DNA from: a virus
Reading direction: 5' to 3' (one strand)
IMG/VR virus record: IMGVR_UViG_3300020477_001849
Span: 1 to 64,000 of that record
Length of the DNA stretch: 64,000 bases
This document shows positions 58,534 to 64,000 of this stretch, piece by piece. Both the position numbers and the translations under genes were made by a program. The notes beneath the pieces were generated by a model. That model was not told the origin of the DNA. It made no database searches and saw only the letters and a list, made by a program, of their open reading frames with translations. Each line of letters starts with the position of its first letter. Within the stretch, counting starts at the first letter, position 1.

Positions 58534-59936
58534 TTATTTTCACACAAGATCATGGTAGAACAATTTCCGAGTGTTCGTGTAATAGAAATACAACTTTTCA
58601 AAGCTTCACACATCGCAATAAAGCTTAAACTATCAAACCCATATTTTTCAAGCTTTATTAATGATAAATATAACCACCTAACATCCAGTGGTATTTTTTT
58701 AATATCCACCAACCCGAACCTAGACAGGTCCCTAGTTAATTTAATACCGGTCTCTAATCTATCAAGGTCAATTCCCTTTTTTTCCATTAGCGAGTCCCTT
58801 AGCTTTATGTGTACGCATCTAGAGACTAGCCCATTTAATCTTCTAGACAGAAATTCCCGCTTTTCTATAGATTCGCATGCCTCTATGTCTTCCTTGATAT
58901 TCCTCACATGAAGACTAACTGACCGTGATGTATTATCATTCTCTATGACAACATGGCCATTATCTAATGTTACTTTAGGAATATCTAAGATATCTTCAAA
59001 CGTAATAGATGATATTAACTCGCCCTTAAGCGACGAAACCACGTCAGTCCCACAGATAACTGCAATATCCTTCAAGAGGTTTGCACCCTCTAGGTCATAA
59101 GGTACCGATACTGGAATAACCTCCAGCGTCTTTCTCATCCAATTGGTCGCAAGAGTAGCTAGTACTTCTTCACCATAACCTCTCGCAAAGATAATGCCTG
59201 CCTGTTTTTCTTCATGAAATTTCTCTAATAAAAGGTTAACCTCAGACACTTTCTCTATTATACCGTCAATTATAATTGGCTTTACATCGTGTAAGGTAAT
59301 TGATTTAAGCTTCGTCATTAACCGAAATTCTTGTGGGGGTGGCAAATAATATGAGTACCCACAGACTAGCTCTATAGAGCTTTCTTTAGAATTTTTCTTA
59401 TCGATAAAGATATTTCCGTTTGCACCAGCTAGCGATATCGCAGATTCTAGAATATGTGATATTTCATTATCCCTAAAGAGCATGTCGTAATAGTGACATA
59501 GGTCATCTTTATTGGCAGGTAAAATTGAAGCGTGTATTTTCTTTAATAACCCCTCAATCTCGCTTACTATGTTATTAATATCTTGGGGTCTTCTACATAG
59601 TTCTAAAAGACTACTGGATACTAAAAACAAAAATAGTATTCCTGCTGTGGCATGCTTTCTCTCACACCGCACAGCGGCATTTCGCAATATTTGTAGAATA
59701 AGATTTTCTTCTTGTTCACTAAAGGAGTGATTTGTAACGAGTCTCAAAGACTCAGATAAAGATAGGGGAATAAATCTAGATTCGTACGACTGATGTATGT
59801 TACCCTTAGAAATGTTTTCCAGCATTTCTGATAGGAATACAGCTATCTTTTTTTTAGCGCCCCTAGTCTTGTTACTAAAGACCGGTACGCTGAAGCTTGG
59901 TTCCATATCTTTAGTGCCTGACCGGTGGTTCACCAC
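58530..59936 (-). CDS. Divergent GroEL/Cpn60-like chaperonin
   Basis: IIFARGYGEEVLATLATN and LKDIAVICGTDVVS align with the GroEL apical domain; EKREFLSRRL parallels YDREKLQERV; ATG at 59906 is an alternative start. Confidence 0.7.
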   Translation of the reverse strand: MVNHRSGTKDMEPSFSVPVFSNKTRGAKKKIAVFLSEMLENISKGNIHQSYESRFIPLSLSESLRLVTNHSFSEQEENLILQILRNAAVRCERKHATAGILFLFLVSSSLLELCRRPQDINNIVSEIEGLLKKIHASILPANKDDLCHYYDMLFRDNEISHILESAISLAGANGNIFIDKKNSKESSIELVCGYSYYLPPPQEFRLMTKLKSITLHDVKPIIIDGIIEKVSEVNLLLEKFHEEKQAGIIFARGYGEEVLATLATNWMRKTLEVIPVSVPYDLEGANLLKDIAVICGTDVVSSLKGELISSITFEDILDIPKVTLDNGHVVIENDNTSRSVSLHVRNIKEDIEACESIEKREFLSRRLNGLVSRCVHIKLRDSLMEKKGIDLDRLETGIKLTRDLSRFGLVDIKKIPLDVRWLYLSLIKLEKYGFDSLSFIAMCEALKSCISITRTLGNCSTMILCENK

Positions 59937-60162
59937 CGTGACCCGACGTTGCTAGGTTCAACAGCGTATCTCTTACTTTTAGCAATGCACTGTCGATTGC
60001 CTGACTTTCCTGTTGGGCTTTTTGATTTGCCAACCCCAACCTCCCCATCCCTAACACTAGTGATAAAGCAAATAGAATCCATGCAAACACAGAATGGTTA
60101 GTGGTATAGAGTAAAACTGATAACAGTAAACACAGTTCAGGATATTCAAAGGTAATTTTCAT
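59911..60162 (-). CDS. Small membrane protein
   Basis: Two hydrophobic segments; AAGGAGG RBS. Confidence 0.6.
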   Translation of the reverse strand: MKITFEYPELCLLLSVLLYTTNHSVFAWILFALSLVLGMGRLGLANQKAQQESQAIDSALLKVRDTLLNLATSGHGGEPPVRH

Positions 60163-60180
60163 AAAGAGCCTCCTTTGAAA

Positions 60181-60208
60181 ATTATAAGTTACTGAACGCT
60201 ATTGTTTA
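60181..60208 (-). promoter_or_regulatory. Putative promoter TAAACA-N16-TATAAT
   Basis: Perfect -10 hexamer directly upstream of AAGGAGG RBS. Confidence 0.5.
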
Positions 60209-62134
60209 GCTGTCTCTCCATAAGTTATTACTAGCGAATGTCAAAACCTCTTCAGCAGAATCTTCAGTGTATCCATACTCATGAATCATTACTGATATCA
60301 TGTCACCATATTTCTTTTGCTGTTCATCATCTCTTGTTTTTGACTTAGTAACAATCCTCGCCATATCCTTGACAGAAGATATGAGATACGATTCAATCGC
60401 TTCCTTTAGGGGTTCATAGCTAGAGTAGTTAACTTTCTCGCCCCTTCTCATCTTAGCAAACATGTATGCAGTAACATCACTTCGGAACCCATCCCTAGAT
60501 GATCCTACAATTCCTATTTGCTCTTCTATAGTCCTCATGAAAGTCTCGTCAGGCTCCATCTCTTCTTTGGTTATTCTATCTTTCAGTTTTTGCCTTGTAG
60601 TTGCAGCTTCGGCATTGTCTAGGTAGTTATCAAATAACGATTGAGCCTGCTCTTCATAAGCAGTGATAAATGCTTTTGCAATTTCTGTTTCTAATATTTT
60701 TAGGTACTCTTCTCTTACAACCTTCTGTATAAGCTCAAGACAGTTATTACGAAATTCTTCATCCACTATTTGCTCTTTGACCTGCCTAGTCAACGAGTCC
60801 ATTACCGATATCGGTGTAATCATAGACTTATCACTATCCGATAGTGCACTATCAAGTGCCTTCATTATAAACCTAGTAGAAATACCTGTCATTCCTTCTT
60901 TTCTAGATTCATCCCTCAGGTCTTTGATGTCTATCTTTTTAACCCTGCCTTTCTCTATAACATCATCGCCATTGTAAATTTTCATTTTAGTTAATAGGTC
61001 ACATTTGCTTGAGGGCTTAAGTCTGGACATAACACTAAACATTGATGCAATTTTTATAGTGTGAGGAGCGATGTGGTCGTTAAATTCAGATCTACCTAAT
61101 TGCTTTTCATAGATTTTTATTTCTTGATCTAATTCTAAAACATATGGCACGTTAATCTTAACAACACGATCAAGAATTGCTTCATTTGTATGCGACGACT
61201 GGAATCGATTCCACTCCGCTTCGTTACAATGTGCGACTATTACTCCATCGAAATAAATCATGTCATTCTTACCAGGAGAAGGTACTCTTTTTTCCTGAGT
61301 TGCAGTTATAACAGTGTGAAGAAATTCAATTTCATTCTTAAATATCTCGACAAATTCTACTATCCCTCTATTTCCAACGTTAAATGCACCATTAAGGGAA
61401 AGGACCCGCGGGTCATCTTCAGGGTATTTATCAAGCTTCGAGATATCCTCAGAGCCTACTAGCACCGATACATCTTGGCTATTTGCATCCATCGGAGGTA
61501 CGGATGCAACCCCACGCCTACCCCTCTGAGAAAAGGTAGACTGTGTTACTGGAAAGTTCTCGTATTCCCCACCAAGATCAGAAAAAAGCATATGCCTTGC
61601 TATAGGACTAATATCACCCTCTATTTTAACACCCAGCATTTTTTCAAATTTACCACGAAGGCTGCGAGGTAAAAGCTGTAAAGGTTCCCCACGCTGTGGG
61701 TCTCCGCTTAAGTGATAATACACATGTCCCTCTAGAACAGATTTTATATGCTCAGTAAGGGCTGATTTTCCAGCACCAACAGGTCCCATCAGCAATAGTA
61801 CCTGGCGACTTTCCTCCCCCTTAAGGGCAGCCGACTTTAAGAATCTCATAATTTTTGCAATTACTCTTTCCATTCCGAAAAAGTCTTCTTGGAAATATTC
61901 GTAAATTTTAATATTGCTGGAATCAAATAGTTTGTGGTGCCTAGGGTCAGATGTGTCCATTGCACTAACACCATGATCCTCTATAGCATCACACAATCTT
62001 TTATGAGATAGTTTCACTACACCTGGATTTTTTGATACTAAATCTAGGTAATCCAAAAAAGTCCCATCAAACTTTTCTTCTTTTTTAGAACTTCTTTGTT
62101 TTTCAATTAGCTTTCGAAAATTTGCCTTAGCCAT
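60206..62134 (-). CDS. prkA: PrkA/YeaG AAA+ protein
   Basis: GPVGAGKS Walker A, DPR...LNG..N.GNRG..EFVEIFK, HCNEAEW, EAILDR, EGM.GISTRF. Confidence 0.95.
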   Translation of the reverse strand: MAKANFRKLIEKQRSSKKEEKFDGTFLDYLDLVSKNPGVVKLSHKRLCDAIEDHGVSAMDTSDPRHHKLFDSSNIKIYEYFQEDFFGMERVIAKIMRFLKSAALKGEESRQVLLLMGPVGAGKSALTEHIKSVLEGHVYYHLSGDPQRGEPLQLLPRSLRGKFEKMLGVKIEGDISPIARHMLFSDLGGEYENFPVTQSTFSQRGRRGVASVPPMDANSQDVSVLVGSEDISKLDKYPEDDPRVLSLNGAFNVGNRGIVEFVEIFKNEIEFLHTVITATQEKRVPSPGKNDMIYFDGVIVAHCNEAEWNRFQSSHTNEAILDRVVKINVPYVLELDQEIKIYEKQLGRSEFNDHIAPHTIKIASMFSVMSRLKPSSKCDLLTKMKIYNGDDVIEKGRVKKIDIKDLRDESRKEGMTGISTRFIMKALDSALSDSDKSMITPISVMDSLTRQVKEQIVDEEFRNNCLELIQKVVREEYLKILETEIAKAFITAYEEQAQSLFDNYLDNAEAATTRQKLKDRITKEEMEPDETFMRTIEEQIGIVGSSRDGFRSDVTAYMFAKMRRGEKVNYSSYEPLKEAIESYLISSVKDMARIVTKSKTRDDEQQKKYGDMISVMIHEYGYTEDSAEEVLTFASNNLWRDS

Positions 62135-62152
62135 TAAGCACCCCGAATATAA

Positions 62153-63460
62153 TTAGATTTCCCATGGTTCTTCTTCAATAATAGTTATTAATTTTGCAAG
62201 ATCACCCCACAATGTACTGACATGTAGTATAACCTCGTCTGCATATGTGAGCTCTAAATCTCTGCCATCGTGATCATGCCTCAAGCATAAAATATTGCCG
62301 TCCTCTATCTTATCTACATAAATCTTAGGTATGGAATTAATACCTACATTTTTTAACAACGACTCTTTTACTAGTTTCCATCCATCGTCATCTGATATTT
62401 CTGACACACTATACGTACCTTTCTGGTTTTTAAATGAAAACAGGTTTAACTCTTCACAATCATCCCTTGTTAGGTATTGCCTAAGAAATGCTTCGTCATG
62501 TGAAACTTCTCTAGCCACAAAACACTCCTCAAGGCCGTGACGTTCCTCTATTTTATTAAACAGATAAAATCCCAAATGATAAGGATTAATTCCTCCTATG
62601 TGAGGCCTAATAACTTGGTTGTGACTTTTTATAAATGGTAGGTGTAAATTTTGGGGCAGGTCAAGTTCATTCATCATCCTATAATGCCAAAAGCATGCCC
62701 AACCTTCATTCATAATTTTCGTTTGTATTTGTGGAATGAAATACCTAGCGTGATCTCTAACTATTTCCATTAGGTCAACCTGCCAATCTTCGAGATTTCT
62801 AGCATGTTCTAAAATGAACCCCAGCAAATCGCGGTCAGGTTCTAGTGGAATTTTCTCAAGATCAAAATCTTCATACATTCCGGATGCATCATTTTTTACT
62901 AACGATGTATATTTTTTCTTTAGTTCCTTATGGGATTCTCTTTCATACGGAAAGCTAGGCACCTGAAATTCTATTGCATGGGCAGAATCCAATATTTGTT
63001 CTACCGCTGCAATTCCTATGCTGGGATCTTCTATGTACCCCTGTATCCTTTTTTTTGCATTTCTAAACCTAGAAACAACAGTCTCAGCACGTGTATTTTG
63101 AAACATTCGATTATTTTTAAAAAAGTCTGAATGCCCTACGCAGTGACACATAATCAGTATTTGTAGATAGAGAGGGTTTTCTCTCATTAAGTACGATATC
63201 GAAGGGTCAGAGTTAATAATAAGCTCGTATGGAAGTCCCTCAGCTCCAGCATTGTACATCTGGTGTGTTCTTTCAAAGCTTTTCCCAAATGACCAGTGAG
63301 AATAATGGCTAGGCATACCATGATAGGCCATATTACCAATCATCTCGAAATAATCACATGTCTCATAAACAATAGGGTACCAGTCTAGGTCATGTGATTT
63401 TGCCAATTCACAAATTTTTTCATCCCATTCAGATAGGTCATCTAAATTCCAATCATTCAT
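62153..63460 (-). CDS. spoVR: SpoVR/YcgB family protein
   Basis: GMP..Y.HWSFGK, LPYELIINSDP, HCVGHSDFFKNN, QTKIMNEGWA.FWH, NPYHLG, HDGRDL. Confidence 0.95.
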   Translation of the reverse strand: MNDWNLDDLSEWDEKICELAKSHDLDWYPIVYETCDYFEMIGNMAYHGMPSHYSHWSFGKSFERTHQMYNAGAEGLPYELIINSDPSISYLMRENPLYLQILIMCHCVGHSDFFKNNRMFQNTRAETVVSRFRNAKKRIQGYIEDPSIGIAAVEQILDSAHAIEFQVPSFPYERESHKELKKKYTSLVKNDASGMYEDFDLEKIPLEPDRDLLGFILEHARNLEDWQVDLMEIVRDHARYFIPQIQTKIMNEGWACFWHYRMMNELDLPQNLHLPFIKSHNQVIRPHIGGINPYHLGFYLFNKIEERHGLEECFVAREVSHDEAFLRQYLTRDDCEELNLFSFKNQKGTYSVSEISDDDGWKLVKESLLKNVGINSIPKIYVDKIEDGNILCLRHDHDGRDLELTYADEVILHVSTLWGDLAKLITIIEEEPWEI

Positions 63461-64000
63461 CTAATTTCCCCCCAAAGATCTTTCTAAATGATGGCCAGAT
63501 GTCCTCTTTAGAGAATATCTTTACTATCTTAAAGTTCTTATCAACCAGGTTTGCAAATGCATTAGAAAGCCTAGAATCTCTATCTTCAAGCCATTGTACT
63601 CGATCACGCTCAGGTTCAATTTCGCAATAACAATAGAGCTGGCAGACATCCTTTAAGGCAACTGCTGCTTCATTGCAACTAGAAGTATCATCAGGCCAGT
63701 TATCACCATCTGAACACTGGAACGTATACACGTTCCATGACTCGGGATGATATCTTTCATTAACTACTTCAAGTGCCCTCTTAAGTGCACTTGAGACTAT
63801 AGTTCCACCCCCGCTTCCTCTAGTGAAAAATTGTTTCTCATTAACTTCATAAGCGGATGTATCATGAGAGATAAATACAATGTCGACATTTTCATAGCGG
63901 TGGCGAATAAACTGGTATATTAGAAAATAAAAGCTTCTTGCTATGAATTTCTTATCCTTGGTCATCGATCCGGAGATATCCATTATAAAAAAGATTACGG
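63453..64000 (-). CDS. yeaH: YeaH/YhbH (DUF444) vWA protein, C-terminal part (starts outside window)
   Basis: Frame is open to the window edge (..VIFFIMDISGSM); MIDAS DISGS, GGT..SS, SDGDNW. Confidence 0.9.
   Translation of the reverse strand, partial: VIFFIMDISGSMTKDKKFIARSFYFLIYQFIRHRYENVDIVFISHDTSAYEVNEKQFFTRGSGGGTIVSSALKRALEVVNERYHPESWNVYTFQCSDGDNWPDDTSSCNEAAVALKDVCQLYCYCEIEPERDRVQWLEDRDSRLSNAFANLVDKNFKIVKIFSKEDIWPSFRKIFGGKLDE

Noticed and set aside
59911-60162. Holin
   Set aside because: Hydrophobic segments only; no endolysin or spanin nearby
603-63630. Many plus-strand ORFs of 60-240 aa (for example 17567-18199, 28051-28773, 56826-57116)
   Set aside because: They lie antisense inside motif-bearing minus-strand genes and show no recognisable motifs; treated as shadow ORFs
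1-64000. Stop-codon reassignment
   Set aside because: Conserved genes are intact under code 11 and end in TAA, TAG and TGA directly before the next start

Overview
A 64 kb slice of a large tailed-phage genome (contractile-tail type), standard genetic code, tightly packed, with essentially every gene on the minus strand (one credible plus-strand gene at 55469). Reading in transcription direction (right to left): (1) a host-takeover/proteostasis block at 54-64 kb: yeaH(partial)-spoVR-prkA, a degenerate GroEL-like chaperonin, a YkuK RNase H-like protein, an Hc1 histone-like protein, an N6-adenine DNA methyltransferase, a complete one-piece tmRNA (tag ANDNVEYDYALAA), a stand-alone sigma-region-4 protein and PIN-PhoH; (2) a ~30 kb, 35-gene glycan biosynthesis island at 23.8-53.9 kb (9-11 glycosyltransferases, heptose kinase and adenylyltransferase, RmlA/RmlB/RfbH, NeuA/NeuB without NeuC, Rpe, HxlB, PhyH-type dioxygenases, methyltransferases, two short UDP-glucose dehydrogenases flanking a Cas4-like nuclease) with no recognisable flippase, polymerase or exporter; (3) a sigma-like gene followed by baseplate and tail-fibre genes at 0-23.4 kb. 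The most striking pattern is a strong enrichment of a hydrophobic-[ST]-[GA]-[ST] motif in the outer virion proteins next to the export-less glycan island, suggesting a phage-encoded virion glycosylation system with its own sequon. All product calls come from motif recognition by eye; no database search was run.
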